Assembly: GCA_039934195.1 (NCBI GenBank)
Contig: JBDTMS010000001.1
Span: 1-32,909, forward strand
Direction of reading: 5' to 3'
Length of the DNA stretch: 32,909 nt
From: Betaproteobacteria bacterium
GTDB taxonomy: Bacteria; Pseudomonadota; Gammaproteobacteria; Burkholderiales; SHXO01
Shown: positions 8,177 through 16,188 of the stretch, in pieces
How the letters are laid out: the number at the start of each line of letters is the position of its first letter
Numbering within the stretch: the first letter of the stretch is position 1
The notes under the pieces: generated by a model
Databases searched by the model: none
Told to the model about the DNA's origin: nothing
What the model saw: only the letters and a program-made list of their open reading frames with translations
Made by a program: the position numbers and the translations under genes

Positions 8177-8512
8177 ATGGCGAAAGTTCGGAATCACTGC
8201 GATATCCGCAGCATTCCTACGACTCAGTGCAGCGTCGCCACGTTCAGTTGTATCACGTTGTGATATATTGAACGATGCACAAACCGAGCGACAGAGATGG
8301 GCATCCAGAACCTCTATGCGAATCCAGCGGCCCGCTGGATTGCGCATGGCAACTTCGCGGACGGCGCGATAGCGGCGGTCGATCGATTCGCGTTCGCAGA
8401 CGAAGGCAGCAACAGGCTGAAGCACGATGCGCGCGAAGTTGTTGCAGCGATGCTGCGCGAACGCGAACGCTTCGAACTGACCGGCGGTCGGCGCTTCCAG
8501 GCTGCAGGTTGA
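8177..8512 (+). pseudogene. Decayed cytochrome P460 paralogue: start and Shine-Dalgarno intact, signal peptide out of frame, CxxCH region lost
   Basis: GAAGGGAGG precedes ATG 8177. Positions 8297-8512 read MGIQNLYANPAARWIAHGNFADGAIAAVDRFAFADEGSNRLKHDAREVVAAMLRERERFELTGGRRFQAAG*, alignable residue by residue with the gene at 6390-6871. There is no heme-binding motif. Confidence 0.65.
8248..8268. repeat. TTGTATCACGTTGTGATATAT, containing the perfect palindrome TATCAC-GTT-GTGATA. A near-identical copy lies at 17845-17863.
   Basis: Direct comparison: TTGTATCA[C/T]GTTGTGATAT is shared, differing at a single position over 19 nt. Confidence 0.8.
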
Positions 8513-8600
8513 CCAACGATTTCGAGGCCCGCATGTGCTCGTCGCGCCGCAAGAGGGTCGCGCAGCTTCGCGCGCTAACGGCGGCGCAAGGGTCGGGCTG

Positions 8601-9704
8601 ATGTGCGCCACCTTATCCAGGCGTTGCCAGCACGCGCTCGTCGCGACTGCGGTGATAGCCCCTGAAACTCAGGTCGAGCACATCACCGGCTTCGCAAGCT
8701 CGAGTGGGCACCACGTGACGGCCGCCGCCAACGTGCAGCGCGCACTCGTCATCCACCCCAGCGAGGGGTTTGAGGCCGTACGCCTGCCAACTTGTGTGCC
8801 GTACCACCTCGAGGCGACCGTGCGCGTGCTGCAGCGTCGGCCGACGAACCTCGTTGACCTCTGGAAGGACGACCGTTACCTGCGAGTGATTGCGACGGCG
8901 GACGGTCTCGTGCTGATCGAGGTGGCTAACCGCGGAAAGATCGATGAGCCCGACGTTCAGTTCTCTCTACGTTGGGGCAATCTTTCCATCACGACGGTTC
9001 AACAGGTTGGGCAGAGGATTCGGACAATGCTCGGTCTCGATGTCGACCCGCGACCGCTGCAACGTCTTGCGGAGGCCGAATACAAGCTTCGGCCCACCGC
9101 GCTCGCGCTGCGCGGTATGCGGCCGCCGCGGTTCGCCGAGTTGTTCGAGACGTTCGCCAACGTGATGCCGTTCCAACAGCTAAGCCTGGATGCCGGCGCG
9201 GCCATCGTCGCACGGCTGGTTGAGCGCTTCGGAGAGCACCTTGAGCACGGCGGCCTCCGCTTTCATGCGTTCCCGACAGCCTCTGCCATCGCCGAGGCTC
9301 GCCTCGATGCGCTGCGCAAATGCGGTTTGAGCTTTCGCAAAGCCGAATCGCTACGCTACATCGCCAAGGCGATCGCGTCCGGTGAGCTCACCGAAAAAAA
9401 AATCTCGGGCCTGAGCACGAACGACGCGCTCAAGACGTTGGCGGAGTTACCCAACATCGGCCCCTGGAGCGCGAGCTTGGTGCTATTGCGTGGCTTCGGG
9501 CGCCTCGACGTATTCCCGCCGGGCGACGTCGGTGCGGTGCGCGGGCTCAGGGCACTGATGCGGCTCGGCCCGCGCGCGTCGCTCGAACGCATCGTCGAGC
9601 GCTTCGGCGAGCGCCGGGGCTATCTTTACTTCTGCGCCCTGGGCGGTAGCCTCCTGGCAAAGCGCCTGATTCACGCTGCTTCTCCTGTTCCTCCACTGTC
9701 ATGA
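8601..9704 (+). CDS. DNA-3-methyladenine glycosylase II (AlkA-like, HhH-GPD superfamily)
   Basis: HhH-GPD signature LAELPNIGPWSASLVLLRGFGRLDVFPPGDVGV and an AlkA-like N-terminal domain. The start is uncertain: the ORF is open from GTG 8535, and the first ATG is at 8601. Confidence 0.8.
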   Translation: MCATLSRRCQHALVATAVIAPETQVEHITGFASSSGHHVTAAANVQRALVIHPSEGFEAVRLPTCVPYHLEATVRVLQRRPTNLVDLWKDDRYLRVIATADGLVLIEVANRGKIDEPDVQFSLRWGNLSITTVQQVGQRIRTMLGLDVDPRPLQRLAEAEYKLRPTALALRGMRPPRFAELFETFANVMPFQQLSLDAGAAIVARLVERFGEHLEHGGLRFHAFPTASAIAEARLDALRKCGLSFRKAESLRYIAKAIASGELTEKKISGLSTNDALKTLAELPNIGPWSASLVLLRGFGRLDVFPPGDVGAVRGLRALMRLGPRASLERIVERFGERRGYLYFCALGGSLLAKRLIHAASPVPPLS

Positions 9705-10252
9705 GTTGACTCTCGCTACGGATCGACGAGCCGATCGACGCCGAATACTTCTCGGCCGGCGCAATCCTCTCATACGTGCTCTAGCAGTCGTTCGCACTCA
9801 CGTGCCCGAGCGGTCCTTCGCGCTCAGCACCTCGTTCGAGTATCCGAGAGGCCTGATCGCTCGGGGAGACCACGGCCGGTTATTTCACTAAGGATAGAAT
9901 CGCGACAACCGTTTGCAGGCCCGACTATGGAAAGCCTGTGCATGGCAAATTTCTATTTCGCTAGCGTCTGGTCGCGCACTATCCGCTGGGTCATGGACAT
10001 CCCCGGTCGGACATCCTTCACGCGAGGGCTGGTGCATCATCATCGTACATGGGCTTCGCTGCTGATCGTCTTCACGCCACCCAGCTTGCAAATCTGACGA
10101 CGTCCATCGCGCGTCGGAACGTGCACCGTATAGCGGACTTAAGCCACCGGGCCTTGGATTGTCCGCTGCCTGAGGCAGAGTTGAACCACATGCCTCGATG
10201 CTGGATGTTCCGTCTGACGCTCAGTTGTCATGGCTCATTCGATCTGCTGCGC

Positions 10253-10690
10253 TTAACGGTACACCAGCACGGGTGTCCGGCTATGGGTCAACACTTTCTG
10301 AGTTTCGCTGCCGACTAATAGACCTTGCACGCCTCTTCTGCCGTGGGAGGCCATCATAATGAGATCACATCCTTTTTCCTCGGCGGTTTTGATGATCGCC
10401 TGATACGGCTGGTCGCTTGTTGCAGAAGCAGTGTCACATGTCACGCCTGCTTGCTTGGCCGCCTTCTCGATCACCGCGAGGTATGCCTCGGCCTCGGCTC
10501 TGGAATTCTTTGCAAACTCCTCCCTTGTATCCTCCAGCATCTCCGTCCGGTAGGTAAAAACACGGAATTCGGGGATCGCGAAAAAGCCCGTTACTCTGGC
10601 GCCGATGCTCTGGGCGAACTGAATGCCTTTTTGAATCGCGGCTTCGGATAGTTGCGAACCATCTGTCGGCAGCAGAAGATGCTTGAACAT
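10253..10690 (-). CDS. Universal stress protein (single UspA domain)
   Basis: 145 aa. Begins MFKHLLLPTDGS and ends ...MASHGRRGVQGLLVGSETQKVLTHSRTPVLVYR. GGAGGGA lies upstream. Confidence 0.9.
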   Translation of the reverse strand: MFKHLLLPTDGSQLSEAAIQKGIQFAQSIGARVTGFFAIPEFRVFTYRTEMLEDTREEFAKNSRAEAEAYLAVIEKAAKQAGVTCDTASATSDQPYQAIIKTAEEKGCDLIMMASHGRRGVQGLLVGSETQKVLTHSRTPVLVYR

Positions 10691-10804
10691 GTGTCCCTCC
10701 TATTGGTTCGATAACTCGGTTCATCAGAATTCTTAGCGGCGAGCCCTGACGATCTCGCGGCAGCAACGCGTTCACTGCCGAACCCGGTGCCGATAGCGGC
10801 TCCT

Positions 10805-11653
10805 TCAATGCGCCATCAACACGGGCACAGTCATGTGCTGTAGGACATGACGGGTGGCGCCGCCCAACAGCAGCTCGCGCGAACGCGAATGTCCGTACGC
10901 GCCCATGACGATGAGGTCGGCCCCAAAATCGCCCGCGCGCGCCAGCAGCACTTCGCCCACCGCGCTGCCCTTGGCGACGATCGGAGCGCCTTCCGCCTGG
11001 ATGCCGTGACGCGCCAGATGATGCGCGAGTTCGATGCCCGGCTCCTTACCGCTGATGCTCGGCCCGGGATTGATCGACAGCACGGTGACCGCTTCCGCGT
11101 CGACGAGCAGCGGCAGCGCGTCACCCACTGCGCGCGCGGCCTCTCGGCTCGCATTCCACGCTACGAGCGTGCGCCTGCCAAACTGTTCGAATCGACCGGA
11201 GTGGGGCACGATCAGTGTCGGCCGGCCGGAGGACAGCACGATTTCCTCCGGAGTGACGCTGCCAAAAGTCGAGTATGCAGGATCAACCTGTCCGATCACC
11301 GCGAGATCGGCGTAGCGAGCGTGCTCGATCAGGGGAGCAGCCCCCGCGCCCTCGATCGCGCGCCATTCACTGCTGATACCGACGCGATCCGCCTCAGCGC
11401 GGAAAGCCGATTCCATTTTGCCGACAACGGCGAGTGCTGTGGTGTGGTATTGCACCTGTATCTTTTGTACTGAGATGAAGTCGGAGTAACCGGGGTCGCC
11501 CCACGGCGAAAAAAGTGCGGTCTGCAAAGGCGCGACACAGTAGATCCCGACCACATGAGCAGCCTGCCGTTTGGCAATCTCGAAGGCGAGACGCAATCGG
11601 GCCGCACTGGCGGGGCTGCCATCGATATGGACCAGTACATCCCTGAAAGCCAT
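10805..11653 (-). CDS. Universal stress protein, tandem Usp domains
   Basis: Start chosen at MAFRDVLVHIDGS (ATG 11653), preceded by AGGAGG 7 nt upstream. The second domain ends GAYGHSRSRELLLGGATRHVLQHMTVPVLMAH. Confidence 0.88.
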   Translation of the reverse strand: MAFRDVLVHIDGSPASAARLRLAFEIAKRQAAHVVGIYCVAPLQTALFSPWGDPGYSDFISVQKIQVQYHTTALAVVGKMESAFRAEADRVGISSEWRAIEGAGAAPLIEHARYADLAVIGQVDPAYSTFGSVTPEEIVLSSGRPTLIVPHSGRFEQFGRRTLVAWNASREAARAVGDALPLLVDAEAVTVLSINPGPSISGKEPGIELAHHLARHGIQAEGAPIVAKGSAVGEVLLARAGDFGADLIVMGAYGHSRSRELLLGGATRHVLQHMTVPVLMAH

Positions 11654-11759
11654 GCGGAATCCTCCTGTCATAGACGCCCACACTCCAAAGTTTAGGTTTT
11701 GTTGGGATCGCTCCGATGCCAATTGGGACACGCGGCGCCGGGACGCGTTCCTTTCCTAC

Positions 11760-12660
11760 GTGGGTGTTGTTTTCGGTTCGAGTAGTATCGCGTTCGGAAC
11801 AACACTGTTTCCTCGAGCGCGCACTTGATTGCAGCGTCCACACTGTCGTCGATGGTTGGATCGCCACGCGGGCGAGTGTTCATTTTGAATCGGTAGCTCA
11901 GCAGGTCGAAAGTAGAATCCACGGTAGCCCGCGGCATCCGGGCTTCCCGACTGATCGCTGCTCATGAAAACCCGTAGAGTCACGAGCGTGCGCTGAACCG
12001 CGTCGGCGCGTTCGATTCAGCCTCGGTCGACCCGATCGCAGCCATCACTATCTCGCCTGTGAGATGGGAACGCCGGCCGCGGCAGCGCAATCGTTGGATA
12101 CAACGGCCGATGATCCTATCACTGAGTGCCCGGTTTTCTCGCGATCGGCTCTTCTCGTCGATACTGAGTACGATGGCGTGGGCGGGCGGATGTACACGAG
12201 GTTCGACCAATGTCGCAGAGCTTGTCGACGAGCTTCGAAGCGGTACGAGACTTTGCATCGCTGGACGCGGCACGACTGCCGTCCGTGAGCGATCCGAATG
12301 CTCGATGGTCGGGGGCTGGTCGGCTGGTCGGACTCACGTTGGAACTGAGTGCGGGCGCGGTGGGTCTACGTTGATGGCGTCACAAGGCTCGCTCGGTGCC
12401 GGTGTGGCCGACCGCTTCGCACTCCCCGTTGCGCCTCGACGGGTTGATCGAGCAACCTCATAAGTTTCCCTCGCGGATGTCCAGGCAATGCCGAAACAGG
12501 AGCAGACCTCTTTCCACTTCTGCACATCGATGATCTCTCGATGAAGCGCTCCGCGAGACGTTTTCTGCACGCGACCCCATCGCGATCTCTTTTCGAAACG
12601 AGCGCGGTCCGAATGCAGGCGGCACTGCTCCACGCACCAGGTCGACGGTCGCTATCAACG
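11760..12660 (-). mobile_element. Heavily frameshifted IS630-family (DDE_3) transposase ghost
   Basis: Fragments lie in different minus-strand frames. KLVDKLCDIG and PPAHAIVLSIDEKS resemble K.RDIVGLYL.PP..A.VL.VDEKSQIQAL. RPRGDPTIDDSVDAAIKCALEE resembles LRRG.F.SV..L..AI..F near the C-terminus. There is no intact ORF, and I identified no terminal repeats. Confidence 0.55.
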
Positions 12661-12674
12661 CCACGGAAAACATC

Positions 12675-13169
12675 ATGGTCGCCCGAACGAGGCCTGTGAA
12701 ACCGACGCTCTATGGGGGAGACGGGGTGTTCGTCGAGACACTGTTGCCAGCAGCGCGCGCGAGGCTGGTTACGGTCGCAGAGCACGCTCCGCTCATCCAA
12801 GCGGCGAAGCTCCTTCGCGCCGGTACCGATCTCGTTGTTGTTGTATGCGGACCTGAAGGTGCTCTGGCGGGAGTCATCACGAAGACGGATGTCATCAGCC
12901 AGATCAGCGATTGTCAGGAAGCCGCTTGCGCAATGGCGACTTCATTGGTGATGACACGCAACGTCGTGCTCTGCCAGCCTGGCGACCGGCTGCAAGACGT
13001 CTGGTCAAGAATGAAAGAGCGTGGATTGAAGAATGTTCCGATCACAGACCAAGAGGCCCGGCCCGTCGGAGTGCTCAATGCGCGAGATGCGCTCCAGGTT
13101 CTTCTGCAGGAAGTTCAGGATGAGGAATCGTTGCTGCGCGATTATGTGATGGGCGTCGGATACCGTTGA
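12675..13169 (+). CDS. CBS domain pair protein
   Basis: 164 aa with two CBS-like repeats (VTVAEHAPLIQAAKLL...LVVVV...GVITKTDVI and VMTRNVVLCQPGDRLQDVWSRMKERGLKNVPITD...VGVLNARDAL). Confidence 0.8.
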   Translation: MVARTRPVKPTLYGGDGVFVETLLPAARARLVTVAEHAPLIQAAKLLRAGTDLVVVVCGPEGALAGVITKTDVISQISDCQEAACAMATSLVMTRNVVLCQPGDRLQDVWSRMKERGLKNVPITDQEARPVGVLNARDALQVLLQEVQDEESLLRDYVMGVGYR

Positions 13170-13178
13170 TGGGTGAAC

Positions 13179-13511
13179 CTATCGTTGGAGCGCAGGCTCC
13201 TGACTGCAGCCGCTAGGTCGGAGGATGCGGACTCGATCTTGGCCGCGATTAGATTCCCGCAGCGCGATGCCGCGCGCCATGCCAGCGAGCAGCACGCTCT
13301 CGAGCATCTCCGCGCGCGGATACATGGTGACCGCGTCCTTTGGCGGCTGCTTCGCGAGCGCCTCATACGCCGTCGTCGTGATGTACGCGGTGAATATCTG
13401 GCTAAGCACCAGTGCTGAAGGAGGCAAGCTACCATTACTCTTTCGATCATCGAGGTAATGCATGATCGCCGGCTCGGGGTGGCTCGTTACGAAATGGTGC
13501 ACGTACGGCAT
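13179..13511 (-). CDS. Hypothetical protein or gene fragment; no family recognised
   Basis: The frame has high third-position GC through ...ALVLSQIFTAYITTTAYEALAKQPPKDAVTMYPRAEMLESVLLAGMARGIALRE. There is no convincing Shine-Dalgarno. The start was chosen at the MPYVHHF ATG, and the ORF is open to 13670. Confidence 0.25.
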   Translation of the reverse strand: MPYVHHFVTSHPEPAIMHYLDDRKSNGSLPPSALVLSQIFTAYITTTAYEALAKQPPKDAVTMYPRAEMLESVLLAGMARGIALRESNRGQDRVRILRPSGCSQEPALQR

Positions 13512-13681
13512 AGGTATCGAAGGGGGCCAAAACAGCGCTGTGCAGCGACCACGTCCATCATTGCAAGGCAAGACGCAAGACGCTTTTGTACCTGAGGATA
13601 TCTGGAGCAGTCCAACTTGCCGACATACGCGCGGCGACATGAGCAGCATCCCGACCGGCATGACTCTCAAGGAGAGCGAGA

Positions 13682-15217
13682 ATGAGCGAAGACAAGACCA
13701 AACTCGACGGACCGGATCTCACCAAGGGCGTTGCACTCTCGGCGGTTCCCGAGGACGCGATGCTGCTCGGCCACGCGCACGGTGAAGCGGCGATTCTGGC
13801 GCGGCGCGGAGATGACCTGTTCGCCGTCGGTGCAACCTGCACGCACTACGGCGGGCCGCTCGCCGGCGGGCTGCTGATCGGCGACACCGTTCGCTGCCCG
13901 TGGCATCACGCATGTTTCAGCCTGCGCAGCGGCGAAGTGCTGCGAGCGCCGGCGTTGGACCCGATCGCTTGCTGGAGGGTCGAGCAGCGCGACGGCATCG
14001 CCTATGTGCGCGAAAAGCTGGAGCGTGCGCGGCGTACTACACCGGCCGCGCCGGGCGCACCGAAATCGATCGTCATAGTCGGCGGCGGGGGCGCCGGCAA
14101 TGCTGCGGCCGAAATGCTGCGCGAGCAAGGCTATGCGGGTGGCATCACGATGCTGAGCGCCGATGCGTCGCCGCCGTATGACCGGCCGAATCTCTCGAAA
14201 GGGACGCTCGCGGGCACCGGTGCCGCCGAAGTCGAGCCGCCGCGCTCGGCGGAATTCTACCGGCAGCGCCACATCGACCTGAGGCTCAACGCGCGCGTCG
14301 CCCGCATCGACACTGTCGCCAGGCAGGTCGAGCTCGAGGGCGGCAGTCGGCATGGCTACGACATGCTGCTCCTCGCGACCGGCGCCGACCCGGTGCGGCT
14401 CGAATTGCCCGGCGCCGACCTGCCGCATGTGCATTACCTGCGCACCGCACGCGATTGCGACGCGTTGATCGACGGCGCGAAGACCGCGAAGCGCGCGGTC
14501 GTGATCGGTGCGAGCTTCATCGGACTCGAGGTCGCCGCGTCGCTGCGTGCGCGCGCGCTCGATGTGCAGGTGATCGGGCCCGAAGCCATTCCGATGGAAA
14601 AGATCCTCGGCCCCGAGGTCGGCAGCTTCATCCGCGGACTGCACGAGGAGCACGGCGTGAGATTTCACCTCGGTACGAAGCCGGCGTCGATCGACGCGAC
14701 CGGCGTGACCCTGCAGGGCGGCGCACGGCTGGCTGCCGACCTCGTCGTGATCGGCATTGGCGTCCGCCCGAATGTGGCGCTGGCGCAGCAGGGCGGCCTC
14801 GCGATCGATCGCGGCGTCAGCGTCGACGAGTATCTCGAAACCAGCACCCCGGGGATCTTCGCGGCCGGCGACATCGCGCGCTGGCCGGACTTGCTAAGCG
14901 GCGAGCATATTCGCGTCGAACACTGGGTGGTCGCGCAACGCCAGGGCCAGACCGCCGCGCGCAACATGCTCGGAATGCGAGAGCGTTTCGACGCGGTGCC
15001 TTTCTTCTGGACCGAACAATACGATTTCGGTCTGGCTTATGTCGGTCACGCCGAACGATTCGACAAGGTAGAGATCGACGGAAAGCTGGATGCGCGGGAC
15101 TGCAAGGTAACCTACCGACGCGGCGACAGGACGCTGGCCGTGGCTGTCGTCCACCGCGATCTCGAAGGATTGCGCGAGGAAGTCGAATTCGAGCGGAGAA
15201 TCGCGGCGACCAAGTGA
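13682..15217 (+). CDS. Rieske [2Fe-2S] domain fused to an FAD/NAD(P)-dependent pyridine nucleotide-disulfide oxidoreductase (ferredoxin-reductase/AIF-like)
   Basis: Rieske motif CTHYGGPL...CPWHHACF. FAD fold IVIVGGGGAGNAAA. NAD fold AVVIGASFIGLEVA. Also contains GIFAAGDIA. Confidence 0.9.
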   Translation: MSEDKTKLDGPDLTKGVALSAVPEDAMLLGHAHGEAAILARRGDDLFAVGATCTHYGGPLAGGLLIGDTVRCPWHHACFSLRSGEVLRAPALDPIACWRVEQRDGIAYVREKLERARRTTPAAPGAPKSIVIVGGGGAGNAAAEMLREQGYAGGITMLSADASPPYDRPNLSKGTLAGTGAAEVEPPRSAEFYRQRHIDLRLNARVARIDTVARQVELEGGSRHGYDMLLLATGADPVRLELPGADLPHVHYLRTARDCDALIDGAKTAKRAVVIGASFIGLEVAASLRARALDVQVIGPEAIPMEKILGPEVGSFIRGLHEEHGVRFHLGTKPASIDATGVTLQGGARLAADLVVIGIGVRPNVALAQQGGLAIDRGVSVDEYLETSTPGIFAAGDIARWPDLLSGEHIRVEHWVVAQRQGQTAARNMLGMRERFDAVPFFWTEQYDFGLAYVGHAERFDKVEIDGKLDARDCKVTYRRGDRTLAVAVVHRDLEGLREEVEFERRIAATK

Positions 15218-15272
15218 CCAGATCGCGATGCATAGAGGCTCGGAGCTCAAAGTATGACGTTAAGGGATCGAT

Positions 15273-16184
15273 TTGGACACTGCATCGCACCTGACCAGCA
15301 TCTGTTTGCCCACTGTGATTCGGCCGCAGCGGACTCTTGGAGGTCGCACCTTCGATTTTTCCCGTCAGGTTGCAGTAATGGCCATCGTCAACCGAACGCC
15401 AGACTCGTTCTACGACAAAGGCAGAACCTTTGGCCTCGATAAGGCCATTGCGGCGGCGTATGCGGCCATTGCCGATGGAGCCGATTGGGTCGATATCGGC
15501 GGAGTCCCGTTCGCCCCGGGGCCGGAGGTGAGCGTCGAGCAGGAAATCGAGAGGGTTGTTCCTGTGGTCGAGGCGCTGCGCGGCCAGGCTGGAACCGTCA
15601 TTTCGGTCGATACCTTCCGACCGGAGGTTGCCCGCCGAAGTATCGAGGCAGGCGCCCATGTGATCAATGACACGAGCGGCTTGCGTGATGTGGCGATGGC
15701 AAGGGTCGTCGCCGATAGCGCTGCCAGTCTCGTGATCACCCACAGCATCTCCGCGCCACGCATCGCCCATCCTCACCCTTGCTATGTCGACGTCGTGTCA
15801 GAGGTCGCCAATTTTCTGCGAGACAGAGTGGAATTCGCGGTCCGTTGCGGGGTTCCTGTCGAGCGCATCATCATCGATCCTGGTCACGACCTGAACAAGA
15901 ACACTCGTCATTCGCTCGAGTTAATACGTCGACTCGGCGAAATCGCCGCGATTGGTCTTCCTCTTCTAGTTGCTGTTTCCAACAAGGATTTCATAGGCGA
16001 GACGCTCGACAAAGAACAAGGACATCGACTTGAAGGCAGCCTCGCCGCCGCCGTAGCGTGTATTCTTCAAGGTGCGCGAATCGTACGCATGCACGACGTT
16101 GCGGCGACCGTTGCGGCCGTGCGCCTCACCGAGGCAATACTCGGTTTCCGCCAACCTGCATTCGTGCGGCACAACGCGGGTTAG
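15273..16184 (+). CDS. folP: Dihydropteroate synthase family protein, FolP2-like, with divergent loop-1 and loop-2 motifs
   Basis: Pterin-binding fold: MAIVNRTPDSFYDKG...DIGGVPFAPGPEV...SVDTFRPEVA...INDTSG...IIDPGHDLNKN...SNKDFIGE...RMHDV. Starts at TTG with AAGGGA upstream, so the start is uncertain. Confidence 0.85.
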   Translation: MDTASHLTSICLPTVIRPQRTLGGRTFDFSRQVAVMAIVNRTPDSFYDKGRTFGLDKAIAAAYAAIADGADWVDIGGVPFAPGPEVSVEQEIERVVPVVEALRGQAGTVISVDTFRPEVARRSIEAGAHVINDTSGLRDVAMARVVADSAASLVITHSISAPRIAHPHPCYVDVVSEVANFLRDRVEFAVRCGVPVERIIIDPGHDLNKNTRHSLELIRRLGEIAAIGLPLLVAVSNKDFIGETLDKEQGHRLEGSLAAAVACILQGARIVRMHDVAATVAAVRLTEAILGFRQPAFVRHNAG

Positions 16185-16188
16185 ATCG

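Noticed and set aside
9706-10252. Small ORFs in the alkA-usp gap: 9706-9891 (+), 9888-10091 (-), and a 56-aa MESLCMANFYFASVW... frame at about 9927.
   Set aside because: They have no Shine-Dalgarno, no family resemblance and odd composition. I treat them as noncoding or decayed sequence, which is covered by the low-coding-density finding.
10691-11760. Search for FNR (TTGAT-N4-ATCAA) or DosR-like (GGGAC...GTCCC) boxes upstream of the Usp genes.
   Set aside because: Only weak partial matches were found, for example TTCTGAT...ATCGAA and the direct repeats CGCGTCCC/CGCGTGTCCC. Nothing fits a known consensus well enough to report.
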